DNA from: Amoebophrya sp. A120
Lineage: Eukaryota > Protista > Dinoflagellata
Length of the DNA: 64,000 nucleotides
Assembly (NCBI GenBank): GCA_905178155.1
Contig: CAJINV010000004.1
Coordinates: 3,443,320-3,507,319 of the forward strand
Direction: 5' to 3'
A program made the translations under genes and the position numbers. Positions within the stretch are counted from its first letter, which is position 1. Every line of letters starts with the position of its first letter. Under the pieces are notes generated by a model that was not told where the DNA came from, did not search any database, and saw only the letters and a program-made list of their open reading frames with translations. Positions 1 through 12,600 of this stretch are shown one piece after another.

Positions 1-1639
1 GCCCGCCTTTCTAAACTGCTTTGCGCAGCATTATAGTTGCCGCTTGCACCCGGACCCGCTGCAGCGGCCGAAACTAAACCTCGGTCCTCTTCTTCCTCTA
101 AGATAGCCTGCTTGGTTTGCTCGACTGCCTCGGTGAACGACAAATTTCGGGTGCGGCAGTGCACGACCCACAGCACTATCAAATGCAAAAATGTCTGGGT
201 CTGGAAACTTGTGATGCTAAAATGTGGATGATGGAAACAGTTCCGGACGCAACCCAGCATGACAACTTTCCAGAACGCTTTCTCATAGGCAATTCGCATG
301 AGAAGCTGCGTTTTCGCATGTACAAAAGAGGCTGCGACTTTTGTTGGTTACGCAACACAGATTTTCTAGGTTTGGAAAGCTAGCATATTACAAGTTCCAA
401 CCATCCAGACCCAGACATATTTGGATTTGATAAGCACGACAGCGAGACATATCAGCTCGCACATAGCGACGATCCACCCGGGGCGATGCTGGTACACGGT
501 ATCCACGGAAAAAACTGTGTTAGTCTAACTTTCTTGGAGGAATAGCATCACAAGTTTGCTCTGCATGACAGAGAGAGCCTGTCATGCGCGGCTAGTACGT
601 GAAAACACGTATGGAATACAGAGCCTCTGATGCATGTCCAGCATGACAAGTGTAAACTGTTTTGCATTTTCTGCATCACAGACTTACACTTACACAGTTT
701 TTTTCTTGCATACACAGTGTTGGTCATGTAATACATCAGGTACGTGGTCCGCGACAGGCTGGTCGACGGGTTGTCATCGTCAATGTTGCGCCGCGAAAGC
801 TTCACCAAGTCGGAAAACGAGAACACCTCGCTGAATATTATCGCAAGAAAAAACTGTAGTTTCACTGTAAACTTGTAATGCAGAAACTGTATCTCAGAAT
901 TGTTTGTCTTGCTACACATGCAAGACAGGCGATTTTTAGCTGTGTTTTCCCTTAGGAACCTCGCATGACAAGTTTTCCCTGTCATGTAGAGCAAACTTGT
1001 GTTGCAAAACTTGCAAAATCCTTACAGTGAAACACTTTTTTCGTACGATAAATATGTCACTCGAAACAAACAGCAAAGCCGTGACCAGGTATCCTGAGTA
1101 AAAACGTACCCACACCAGAGCCAGGATGGGGATTTTGCAACACAAACATAGGAGTTTTGTGAGTCACGCATGACAAGTTGCACTCTGCAGTGTAGTGCAG
1201 GTTAGCAAGTGCAGCCGCATCACAAATCCAGCTGCTCATCCTGTTCACAGCATCACAAATTCCAAAACACGACTGGAAATGGCTCTCATGGGGATGCGCA
1301 TTACAAGTCTTCCTGTCTTTGCAAATCTGCATTACAACTCTGGTGTGGGTACGTTTTTACTCAGGATACCAGGAGTGCCAGAATCACGTAGCAGGCTGTG
1401 CAACAACCGATGCAGCAGTGCGCCGTGCAGGAAAACTGGTTCGGAGCGAGGCAAACATCTTCAATTGAGCTACGCCCTCCCGACGACGATGAGGCTTTAG
1501 AAGTACCGGCAGAGTACCTTATTTTGCTTTGCATCGTGGAAGCCGCGTGCTGCGACAGCGTGCGTCGACTCGTCAACGCCTCCGTAGTACCTGCAAACTG
1601 GGCAGTTGCCCGGAAACTGTTGTTGCCCGTCGAGGCCAT
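1..1639 (-). CDS. Hypothetical membrane protein (3' end outside window), 4 introner introns
   Basis: Removing elements 1090-1368, 839-1050, 500-712 and 177-432 plus one TSD copy each gives one open frame: MASTGNN...CYVILALL|VTALLFVSSDIF|SEVFSF...MTNTV|YQHRPGWIVAMCELICLAVVL|WVVHCR... Two hydrophobic segments. Confidence 0.85.
177..432. mobile_element. Introner family A (TIR TATCAAATGCAAAAATGTCTGGGTCTGGA)
   Basis: TIR pair; TSD AGCAC/AGCAC; frame restored. Confidence 0.95.
500..712. mobile_element. Introner family D-like
   Basis: TATCCACGGAAAAAACTGTGT...ACACAGTTTTTTTCTTGCATA; TSD CACGG/CACAG; frame restored. Confidence 0.85.
839..1050. mobile_element. Introner family D (TATCGCAAGAAAAAACTGT)
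   Basis: TSD AATAT/AATAT; close copy at 62190-62401. Confidence 0.95.
1090..1368. mobile_element. Introner family B (TATCCTGAGTAAAAACGTACCCACACCAGAG)
   Basis: 31-bp perfect TIR; TSD CCAGG/CCAGG; inverted near-identical copy at 63276-63554. Confidence 0.97.
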
Positions 1640-1956
1640 CTTCGGCTGCCTTCTTCAAGTAGAAATAAAACCGAGCTTCAACTAAAAGTGACAGCGAAAG
1701 GTCCTTGTTCTATCATTTTCTAAACCTCCTCGGACGGCGGGCACAGGGCAGCCGAGAAAATGTAGATAAAGAGCTCAGAAAAAAATCTCAATCTTCATGC
1801 GTAACGTTGCTATTCATCTATAATATCTTTTCTGCTTCACAAAAACATTTCGCCAAATTGAAATTCTGTGCGTATCTGCAAAATCATACAGGGATGGTTA
1901 ACGTAGTGCGCTCCTGAGTCGTCCACAAATACCTTTCGCAATAAATCCGCGCTGCT

Positions 1957-2220
1957 GATTATATTGTGTGAGTGTACAATTACAAACTCGCCGGTTAATG
2001 ATGCATTTTTCAGAAGTACAGAAGGAACCGCATCAAGACCGAAAGCTCAATTGCGAGCATTTCCGTGAGTCGTGTACAGTGACTCGCTGTACAATGTTGA
2101 GACTCGCAACTTCCTAATTCTCATATTTCTTGACACCGACACAATAGTCTGCTGAGAAAAATTATACCACGACCAAATATCGTAGCAGAAGATCAACATC
2201 TCGGACAGACGTCCGAATTG
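1957..2220. repeat. Dispersed direct repeat R, copy 1
   Basis: Aligns with 3662-3885 (ATGCATTTTTCAGAAGTACAGAAGGAACCGCATCAAGACCGAAAGCTCAAT...TATCGTAGCAGAAGATCAACATCTCGGACA) and partly with 5058-5128. Confidence 0.9.
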
Positions 2221-2307
2221 TTTGGTGGGGAACCGGGGGCGCCGGCTTGCATCTTTCGGGGAGCTCGGATCCTGAGGTCGCTGTTAAGACTTTGAGACCT
2301 CCTGGCT

Positions 2308-2428
2308 CCGGATTGAATCCGGGAAGTTAAGGTTTTGAGACCTTACCTTAAGGTTTCAAAACCTTACGTTAAGGTTTTGAAACCTTAAGGTAAGGTCTCA
2401 AAACCTTAACTTCCCGGATTCAATCCGG
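2308..2428. repeat. Perfect palindrome, 59-bp arms, 3-nt loop
   Basis: 2308-2366 is the exact reverse complement of 2370-2428; loop CGT. Confidence 0.97.
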
Positions 2429-3661
2429 GAAAGAGACTTTGGACTCCACCAAATACCTCAAAGTCTTTCCTTTCCGGAGTCACCGCGAAGGCCGCAGAAC
2501 AGAGCGATCCGGGAGACCAAAAAGACATGCCAACCCGCCACCCTTGCCCCCCGCCGCCGGGCGCGCGGCCCCTACCGACGCGAAAGACCCCGGCGCCAGA
2601 ACCAAACACCAAGTCTCTTCACGCGGGCCAGCCTGCCCCGCGTGAAGAGGCTGTTTGGCCCTTCGAACTGTTTGGCGCCATGGCCAGGCGGAAGAAACTC
2701 CGGTGGCCTCTTCCCCGAAGCGCCCCAGGATATGTCTGGGATTTCAAAAAGCCCCCGGCCCCGGGCCTTCTAAATCAAGTGGCGCCCCCCCTTCCCCCGA
2801 ATCGCAGAACGAAAAATCGCCCCCGCACCAAGCATGCAACGAACGAAGGGCCCGGCGGCAGCGAACGCGCCGAGCATCACAATTACCAACCTCAGGCGCC
2901 CTGAGTTGCGCAACCAGTCCCACCACCGCCACGCCCCTGAAGCTGCGACACGCGACAGCCTCGGGCGCCCAAGCCCGTCCCGCAAGACACTCTGCCCCGC
3001 AGCGCTTACCAAAGGAAGGGCCCGAGCTCTGGCCTCCGCACGAAAATTAGTCCGCGGGCTGCGCAGGCAGTGCCGGGCAGCACGAAAATTAGACGAAGCG
3101 GCGCCCGGCAGGGCCTGCCACATCGAGCAGCCGGAGCTTTAACTTGCAAGCCCGGAAGAAGTAGTGGAATTGGAAAACAAATCCGGCCGGAATGCCGAGG
3201 CCCGGAAGTGCAGTCGCCAGAGAGTTGCCCTGCCCCAACTGCGAAGCGGGCGCGTGCCGCCGAAGAGGCCGGCTATAGGGGCAGAAGCAGCACCGGCCGC
3301 CCCCGCCCCAAATATGAGGCCGCAGCCTGGTTCCGCCGTCTGGCAGCACATTTACAGCCCCAGCCGCTGCTCGACTGGCGCGGGCCAGTTGCTTCGCAAC
3401 TCTCGCCGCCTCATCATCCTGCCGACGAACACACGCGGCCCCGCCGATTGCTGATGGCGCGGGCGGCATGAAAACGAGACACATTGCCCCACATCGTTCG
3501 TTCTGAACAGCGGGCGGAGACGTGCTTTCCGGGTGCATTTTTTGATGCTTTTTGCCGCAGAACGGAAGGCACAGAGGTCGGCACCGCAACACTCAATCCC
3601 GAAAAGTTAAGGTTTCAATACCTTAACTTAAGGTTAATGATTCCACGTTCGTTCCCTCCAA

Positions 3662-3885
3662 GATTATATTGCGTGAGTATACGGATAATAAATGCATTTT
3701 TCAGAAGTACAGAAGGAACCGCATCAAGACCGAAAGCTCAATGAATTACGAGCATGTCCGTGAGTGTACAGTGCATGTTGAGACTCGCTACTTCATAATT
3801 TTCATTCTTCTTGAGACCGACACAATATTCTGCTATTTTACCACGAACAAGTATCGTAGCAGAAGATCAACATCTCGGACATACG
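3662..3885. repeat. Dispersed direct repeat R, copy 2
   Basis: Aligns with 1957-2220. Confidence 0.9.
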
Positions 3886-3944
3886 TTGTGGCTCTCTTCG
3901 GATAGCCGATCGTTCACGTTCTGGCTCTCGTTGCTCCGCACTAG

Positions 3945-4380
3945 GAAAATAAGAAATCCTCGCCTCCGCGCGGAGGCGTGGCCCACGACTTGTTTCCGAG
4001 GCCAGTAGATGCAACAACAAAAAAATTATTCTTCGGCGCGCTGCGCGCGCCGTTCCGAAAATAAGAAATCGACCCCTCCGCGCGGAGGGATCGATTTCTT
4101 ATTTTTCGCTTTCTTCTTGCGCCGCTGGCGGGCCAGAAAGAAACCGGCCCCTCCGCACGGAGGGGGCAGTTTCTTTGCTAGCCGAAAAGCAATCTTTCCC
4201 CCAGAAAACAACGGAAGTCGGGGTTTTTGGAAAAAGAATTGATTTCCGGGTCCCAAAGAAACCGCCCCCTCCGGCCGGAGGGGCCGGTTTCTTTCTGGGC
4301 CGCCAGCGACGCAAGAAGCAGCCGAAATTTCCTGTCCAACGAAGCGCGACAACCTCCCTCCACCTTCCACACGGAGGGCC
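3945..4380. repeat. Nested inverted repeats built on CCTCCG-N2/3-CGGAGG
   Basis: Palindromic units near 3963, 4075, 4150 and 4267; a larger inverted repeat pairs ~4113-4165 with ~4257-4318. Confidence 0.85.
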
Positions 4381-5057
4381 CAACTTCTTGGCTTTCAGAA
4401 TTGCGCGAACTGCGCGCGGAACATTTGTTCGCTTTTGGTGTTGTCGCGAAGTGGCGCCGCAGCTCGTGCAGTAGCTCCGCACCGCGGCCAGCTGTTTTTT
4501 TTATTCCCGGCCACCCTATGAAACGCGCAACACCTCCCCTGCCTGCGCCGCCACCTCTGGCGCGCGCGAGTAAAAACGTCGCGGCGGGCTGCCTTGCTTC
4601 CGAGTGGCCGCGTGTGCCTCTACGAATATGCCGCGAAGAGTGAAAATGCGCCACATCGTACAGCAAGGGCAAGTCAACGCAGGCGCACGAGGTGAGGCTG
4701 CATAGCGAAAAATGAAGCTGGAGTGCCATAAAAATGGCGACGCTAAAAAATGCGCCTGCTCCAACAAAAATACTAGAAGCAGGCCAGAGGGTAACCGGGG
4801 TAGCAATACCGGGCGGACAGAAATTTTGTTGGCTGCAGGGGCCGACCGCACTTCTCAGTCGCCCTCTCTATCCCGGTCGGCCCAAGCGAGTGCATAACCC
4901 CCGCGCAAGCGGATTCAGCGGTAAGCTTCTCCAGCATGCAGCCAGATGGCTGTCATGGGGAGCGCCGCCTGGACATGCTACCTGTACCTTGACCTTCGTC
5001 CTCGCAGTGCCAAGAAAATAAAAAGCGGCAACTTTTGGATCTGCTTAAATTCGCGAA

Positions 5058-5128
5058 GTATCTGCTACAATTTCCTTCTGGTGAGTATCGTAGCAGAAGA
5101 TCAACATCTCGGACAGACGTCTGAACTT
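5058..5128. repeat. Dispersed direct repeat R, copy 3 (3' part only)
   Basis: GTATCGTAGCAGAAGATCAACATCTCGGACAGACGTC shared with copies 1 and 2. Confidence 0.85.
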
Positions 5129-7132
5129 GTTCACTGTGCGTGACAATCACTTGCACCTACCGATCTTTTGGCCACCTGACCGTCGTCACAGAAGCAGGCA
5201 TGTGATTACACACGGGGCATATCAAGACCGATTCTGTGGTAGTATCGAGAACCGAATGACGGATGGTCTGAAAACCGAAGCGCCATAGATAGAAGATCTA
5301 TCATGAGCCTATTACATATACTAATCTCTCATGCTGAAGATAGATTCGGCTTCCGAAGTCAGTGAAATATTTTTAACATCAGGCCACTTACATGGTATTT
5401 TTCACAGAAAAAACATCGTCCGCAAGAAAAAACTTGATTCTTATCTAAATATTTTCATTCAGATTCCAATACCGATGCAGCACTCAACGGAGATGTTGAA
5501 CACCGCCTGAATTACTGTCCGAGCTTGTGAAAAGCAGAGCCAGAGGTAGAACAAGAGCAGCTCAAAAAAAAAAAGCTCGACTTCTTCTTTGATAGGTCAC
5601 CGCTCCTATGATTTTTGCAACCTGCTTATTCGTCTTCTTGTGTGGACACTCGTTTGCTTCCTCCGGCGAAACGTTTCAATTTGGTCCTCCCCTAGTACCA
5701 TCTAGTAACAGAACTGGAACTGGAAGTTTGTTGCAATACATTTTGTCCACAAAATCGTATTACCAGATGAGTTTATCTTCATTCTACTTGCAGTTGTTAC
5801 CATGGTGGTCCTCGTCTACTTGCAGGCATCTTCACGCCTCCAATGGTATCCACTGCCGATCTTTCCGGTTCAGCTTGATTTCGCCTGATGTAATAGTCAT
5901 ACGTACTTATCGTCTACGGAGTCCTCGTGGAGACAGTCATCGAATGGAGGATGAATCGTCTGGATTTCGATTTTCAAAACAAAAAACATGCTGAAGAAGT
6001 AGAATCGAGTGACAGTGCGAAAAAACAAATTCTTATTATTCTCTACTGGAACAATACCTCCCACTTTGCTGAGTTCGGCAATGTTGCTCAGCTTCCCTTC
6101 TCCGGGTCGGAGCTCCCGATACACTTTCGTTTTCTCCATAAGGAGTGGGTTTTGTCGCGGGGGGCTGGATTTTTTTTCATATCTTACGATCGTGGTGTGA
6201 TTAGTTTTTTGCAGTCTGAAGTCCTCAAGAGCCACATCCAAAGCTTTGATATCGTGCTACTCGTCTGCACAACTAGCTCGCGCCACAAGAAGAGAAATAA
6301 AGGGCTTCTACTTGTTCCCACAACAGGCAGGAAACAAAGCAAGGGATCCTTTTCTGTAGTTCTTGCGCATATTTATTTGTGAAGCCCATATTAATTCCTA
6401 TACCTGTTTGCCCGGAGTTTTTCGCTCGGCCCGCGGCCCCTCTGCATATACATGTCGTGATTTCCGAGCACCTTTCGCTTGCAGCAGGCTGGTATGCAGT
6501 GCAAATAGCAAAAATCTTCTGGCGGGTCATCTGCAAAGGCTTGTGACGATGCTCGTCACGACACTGCAGATGTAGTACTGAAACGTCGTGCGCAGCAACT
6601 TGTCATGCTTTTGGCTGCATGTAGATATAGATGCGCCGTCTCAATAGTCCGCAACTATCAGCATGACAGGCTTGTTGTACCAGACGACCCAAAAGACCAC
6701 ATATTATTTGCTGGTGATAGATGGGTCTAACCTGTCTTGCTCGATCTGCTCTATGCTATTCAGCTCTTGGACGTGTCGGGCCTGCGATAAGAATTGAATC
6801 ATCACACCAAACGAAATTCAGATATTTCATCTTATAAGTAAGTAGAGCGGCGCTCCTGGTGCAGCTGCTTGTGCATGTAATCGTCTCGGAGTGTAAAATT
6901 GTGCTTGCAAGTTTTAGCAATGAAAATACCTTCATCAGGTTTGCATCTTGCCCGAATGCCCTGGTTCCAAAAAGCGCCTGGTCTCTTTTGATTGACTTCC
7001 GGAACTCCAGCCCCTCGCGTTTACCTTTTTGTGTAGTGGATGTCATACTTACTTCTACGTGCACCAGCACTTGTGAGTTTGAATTTTTTATGGTATCTTC
7101 GCATCCACTCTCACCACCAAATTGTGCACAAA

Positions 7133-7781
7133 TTATCGCAAACTAGAAGTGCCAGGATGTTGTTGAGACCAAATAGAAGACGAGTACGGAAGTGTTCTTC
7201 TACTGATGCATACCAACAACCCCAACGCACGACCACGAGCAGCACACCGTATGAGTAAAAAATAGAAACGAAAAAGGAAAACTTTACTTGGCAGTGTGCT
7301 TTTCACGGCCCTTTCCGGATCGAACTCGCGATTCCACTTGTCTACGGACGCGACCACCGTTGGCTTATCGCACGAAAAAAATGTTTCACTGCAACGCATT
7401 TGTATTGCAAACAGGTTTGCATCACAAGAAGTTGTGCTCTTGTTTCTACACAACAACAGAAAAAATGCCACGCGTGCTTCCGAAGAGAATAGCATGCCAC
7501 GCGTGTCTAGCATGGCGTGTTGCATAGGACAGGCACGTCTGTGTCAGTGGCTGTTGCTGATGCAACATGAAAATATCCTGTCTGTGCGTCGCGAGTTTAC
7601 AACTTTACATCAACATCGGCGCAGTGAAGAGACATTTTTTTTTCTTGCGATATGGGTTGTTTTCGTCATAGTAATTGTACAGCGTGCTCATGGGCTTCCG
7701 GTTTGTCTGCCGCGAGAAATTGGGCACCAGCTTCGGGCCGGGCATCGTCTGCAGGCTGAACTCCGAAGTGAGATTCGCCAT
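7133..7781 (-). CDS. Hypothetical protein fragment, ends uncertain
   Basis: MANLTSEFSLQ...YDENNP|TVVASVDKWNREFDPERAVK is joined in frame across element 7366-7652. Confidence 0.45.
7366..7652. mobile_element. Introner family D
   Basis: TATCGCACGAAAAAAATGT...ACATTTTTTTTCTTGCGATA; TSD TGGCT/TGGGT. Confidence 0.88.
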
Positions 7782-9620
7782 TGTCTTGATGCAATTTATT
7801 ATCTTCGTGCAGGTCTTGTCGTCTTCGACTTTTCGGACGAGAAGTGCTCGATGTAGCCGTTTGTAGCAAGAAGTTCCGCCGGGGATGTAGTAGTAGTTCT
7901 TGTTTTTCGTGCTTTACTGTGCTTGGTTGTTGCGATCGTCCCTTTACTACTTCACTCCAAGTGGTTCACTGGTGGATGATAATGTGGGTGCACTATTCGA
8001 GTCGGAGGAGTAGAAGTTCTTGGTGAACAAGTTCCACCGATAATATTATCGGGCGGAAGCAGATGGAGTAGATGCGTGCATGCAGTTCAACAAAAAACCG
8101 AGTTGAGGTAGCCGAAGGTCGTATTTCTTTTAACGTTTAAGCAAGTGACCACCTTTCCCTGCTGCACGAGGACGTACTAGTATTGGACGCAAAGTTGTAC
8201 AAGTCGCCAAGGACAGTACTACTGCTCGAAAGTACAACTTCTAGTGAAGTAATACCGCCGGAAAGGACGTACGAGCAGCAGGCAGCTCTCACAAGGTTGA
8301 TGTAGTTGCACAATTTATTTTATGGGGTATCTAGATCTGCCACTCTGATGGAATACAGCTACTGTGCGCTCTATTGCCTGTGCTCTTCTTTGTAAAAAAA
8401 TCACCACCCTATTTCTTCTGGTCATCTCGCGATTGACTCAACCACAGATGAAACAGACTGTCAAAAGAATCCTAGTCCTGCTGATGTAGTTTCGTCCACA
8501 ATGATGAATGTATAGCGGGACGACAAGAGGACCACGACTTTGTTCTGCAGCGAAGAAAATTTTTGCACGTAGGAACGAGCACGAGAGTCTTCGTTCAGGT
8601 CGCAGGAAAAACCCCTCTCGACGTCCCACGAGAACTACTCCCAATACAGTAGACATAGGAACGAACGACCCAAATTTTTTACAGATATCGACCTGGGTAG
8701 CAGGTACTAATCGGAACGAAAAACAAAAAAATCTTCGGTACGGAGAAGTAAAGAAGCAGGTTAATGTTGCTGATTGGACGAGTGTCGTGTGTAGTTCTTT
8801 CACGAATTCACAACTCTCAAGTTTTGTTTCAGGACGAGGAATTCATCGCTCTCGAGTAGTTGTACATGAACTACTTACCTGCGGCAATGTCGTGGAATAA
8901 TTTTACGAATGGACCCAAAGAATGAAGTTGATTCTGGCCCCCGAGCACCATTTCTATCAACTTCGACTAGTCTTCGAAGAACCCATTTTCTAGCTGTCGA
9001 AGTTCATGTCGCCCTGTATCCGATCAACTAAACGAACGTAACATTAAGACGATATAATCAAAAACACCTCCACGTCGAACAAGCAATTGTTATTCAAAAC
9101 GCTCGTGACTGACACGAAACAGGACAATTCTCGATGCAGATGTCACCTGCATCGAGAGTTATCCTCAAGGACCGAACCGGAGGTTGCGTGCACTGCAGAA
9201 ACTGCGGCCACACAGTGATTCTTTTCTTGCATTTGTTCCCAGCATTCACAAAAAAATGGCAACTGCTTACATTGAATTTCAGTATCTTACTTCATGCTGG
9301 CTCATTAAAAATCATTCAATTCATTGTACAGTGATTCATTCGCTTTTCCTCGCACTAGAGTTGTAGCAGTTCCTGATGTTCTTGGGAGAGTTATACATTT
9401 AGATTTAAAGAAACTTTTACTTTCTTTGAAACAAAAACGGAATTTCATAACAGGGCCTCCTAGGAACCACGACCACGCTGCAATTATCTATTTTTGTCCC
9501 CAGAGGACCTCGCCGTGTGACGAGTTCCTTTCTGTCGTTGCTTTGGCATTTCAAAATTTTGACTTTTGGTAAAAAAACTCATTTAATCCATACCAATTCG
9601 TTCGGGCATATAATTTTTTA

Positions 9621-12600
9621 CTATATCGGAGGTGGGGAAAAGCGAAACTTGATTCGTCGCCCCGTTTCCTCCCCATACAGGTTCTGCAGCAACTTCCGCA
9701 AAGCTCTGCTGTCTTGTTCCTGCGCGGGGAAATAGTGGTACCCGAAGTCATCGCCCGAGTGGTCCTTCTGCAGCAAAGCGGTCGACGATTTTTGGTAATT
9801 GATTTTGTTCTCCAGGTCCCCGTCGCTGTAGTCGGCTTGCGCGTTCGGACTGCCATACGAGACGGCGTCATCTGCGACGCCCGGCTGCACCGCGTACCGT
9901 GTGCGGTATTTCGGACCGGACAGGTAGGGATCGGCGCTGTAGTCCTGATTGTAATACTTGCCTTGCTCGTAATCCTTCAACCCCGACCGGTATTCCACGT
10001 CCACCCGCTGGTCTTGCACCGTGGATCTGGCACCCGAAGCAAGCTCCGTTTCCACCACCTGTTCGTCCAGCGTCAAAAGCTCGAACTGCTCAGGCGGTAA
10101 CACGTTGTTCTGTCGCAACGCGGATTCCAGCCCTTCCTTGGTGTTCGCGTCATAATTCACAGCGAGCTGATAGAAGTTTTTGTCAGGTTTTTAATCTGAG
10201 CACGCGCCGGAGTATACTGAAGGTGACATGAAGTTGAAGACGATGAAAATCGCAAGATGAAAGAACCATAGTACCCCTAGTAAGTTAGTATACTGAAATA
10301 CCGCAGACAACCTCCGGCCGAACATCTGCGAAATTTCTTCTTCCGGTGCAGCGATCGCGAAGGAGATCCGCAAGCACCGGTCCGGATTGGCGGTGCAGAA
10401 ATTTGGCGGCTTGCCCCGCTGGTGCTGCAGGAGAATGGTCGCCGGGGTTTGGTCCAGAGCCTTCCCACCACGCACGATGCCCTGCTCGAAGGGGATTGTT
10501 GCTAGTGCCCGCTCGTGCAGCTGTTGCTCCGACGCATCAACTGGCGAGGACCGCGGGTTATTTTTTTCACCCGAGCGACTGCTTGATGCTGACACAGCAA
10601 GAACATGATCTTCTTCTGCTCGGTCGTAGTTCAAACGACCGTCAATAGCCCTTTTCGCACTACCCTCGTCGACCTTGGCGTTTTGCAAATCGACTTCTTC
10701 GGTCCCTTTGCGGTGCTGGTCTTCATCCGTCGTCGGCGACGTCATCTTCTTCCGGTGATACTTGTATTCGTACACCGCTGGTCCTCGATCGCGTTGCTGC
10801 TGCACTCTCCTCATCTTCGGCTGAGACGTTCTTGACGACGGGGTGACACTTCTACTACGCTGCTGCAGAGCAGTTCTTGATCCTGTAGCACCTCCACGAC
10901 CCATAAAAAACCTCCCCCTACTCGTCGCGGCTGCACCTGCACCCGCGGTGTTCATCATTCGTGATGCTTTCGATCTTCCTCCCGTGCGGCGCATCCGCAT
11001 CTGCAGCGCCGCAAAAGTACTAGAGGGGGCCGCTCCTCCGGACCTTTTCTGTCCTCGACCAGCCTCCCGCGCCACCGCCACCCGTTCGTGGTCCTCCCAC
11101 TGCACAAACGTTGGCACCACGACGGGTTTGTTTCGTGGCCGCTTGTGGTCTTCACTGCCCGACGGCCTTGCAAGCATTTTCTGTACCGAGTTGAACTGGA
11201 GACTGTTCGTGGAGGAGCGGAGCTGCGAAACCTCTGCCTCGTCTTGCTTCGAGGCAGAAGAAGGCACGACGTGATCGCCGTTCTGGCTCTTCGTAGAAGA
11301 TTGCTGTTCTTGTGCATCTACTCCCGCCGGGCCTCCTGATCTGTTTTCACGCAGACCTTTTTTCCTCCCAGAGGACAGCGCTAAGAGCATCAGGTTGTTG
11401 CCTCCAAAAGTCAGCTTCTGGGCGACACTAGGCTGTTTGTCCGGTCCAAACGCGGATCTGCCTCGCTCGCCCTCCAACTTCGTGCTTTCCTTCGTGTTGT
11501 ACTCGTTCACGTCCGTTTTGGGAAGTTTCCTTCCCCAGTCCTCGCTGTTTAACAATCGGTCCACCACCACGTCCATCCGCAGCCGCTCCGGACTCCAGAG
11601 CCCCGCATCTTTCGGGGTGAGGTCAAATCGTTCCGCCATGATGGAGCGCACGAGAAAGGCCTTCACCGCCGTTTGCATATCAAATGCAAAAGTGTCTGGG
11701 TCTGAAAACTTGTAATTACACAAAATAGAACACACTTCAATCCCAAAATAAATCTCCTTTCTTCCTTTTTTCCTTGTTTCCTTTTTCTTTCCAATTCGCA
11801 CGCAATAATTATCGCTACGGGCCTTGAGCGCTAGCCTAAACCGGAACCGAAGTCCCAGCCTATCGATATGCGACCCGATTGCCTGTCAGCGTCCAGAAAA
11901 GGTGAATGATAGACGTACTGCAGTACGCAGCTATGCATAACAAATTTTTTGGCTGCAATGTCTTACGTATTCCGCATGGCAAACTGCGTTTTTGCATGAC
12001 AGGTAAGAGGGCCTTTTCGTGCCTATGCAACACAGATTCTCGAATCGTGCCAGACATAAGCATGACAAACTTGCACTCTTCCAGACCCAGACATTTTTGC
12101 ATTTGATATTGCACCTGCTGGGACATCTCCGGGTCTTGCAGGATTCGTTCCTTGTCGGGGCAGGTCAGAATCACGTTGCCAAACAGCATGTGCGTCGGAA
12201 CGCTCAGGGGCATCACCGTCTGGTCGAGCAAAGCGGTATCAACTGCAAAAACTATGTCTGGGTCTGCAAGATTGCAGGAGTTTGCCATGCTGATTTGCCA
12301 TGGCGCAGGAGGTCTCGAATGCCGAACTTAGCATGACAAACTCTGTGCCTCTCCTGCATGAGAAACTTTAACTTCCCCTACACTTGCACAACTCCTGGTA
12401 ATCATGCAACACAAATTTCTTTGCATCGGATTCGGATCATGTCATCATCATCCAGACATAGCATGACAAGTTGCATCAACCTTTCAGACCCAGACATATT
12501 TGCGATGCTTAAGCGGAGACTTTCGACAACGACCGCGTCTTGCAGATGGAAGAAACCTTTTTTGGTTCTCAATTGAAAAAGTCAAGATGTTGCAGAAAAA

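Noticed and set aside
2406-5021. Many overlapping Pro/Arg/Ala-rich ORFs
   Set aside because: Stop-poor GC-rich palindromic DNA that is open on both strands, with no recognisable protein motifs.
5600-7100. Gene and decayed introners in this interval
   Set aside because: Motif traces are present (~6150-6190, ~6440-6630), but I could not define paired ends or a convincing frame.
11805-11840. Spliced-leader-like words on the minus strand (GCTCAAG, CCGTAGC)
   Set aside because: The pieces are in the wrong order and do not form the 22-nt dinoflagellate leader; likely chance.
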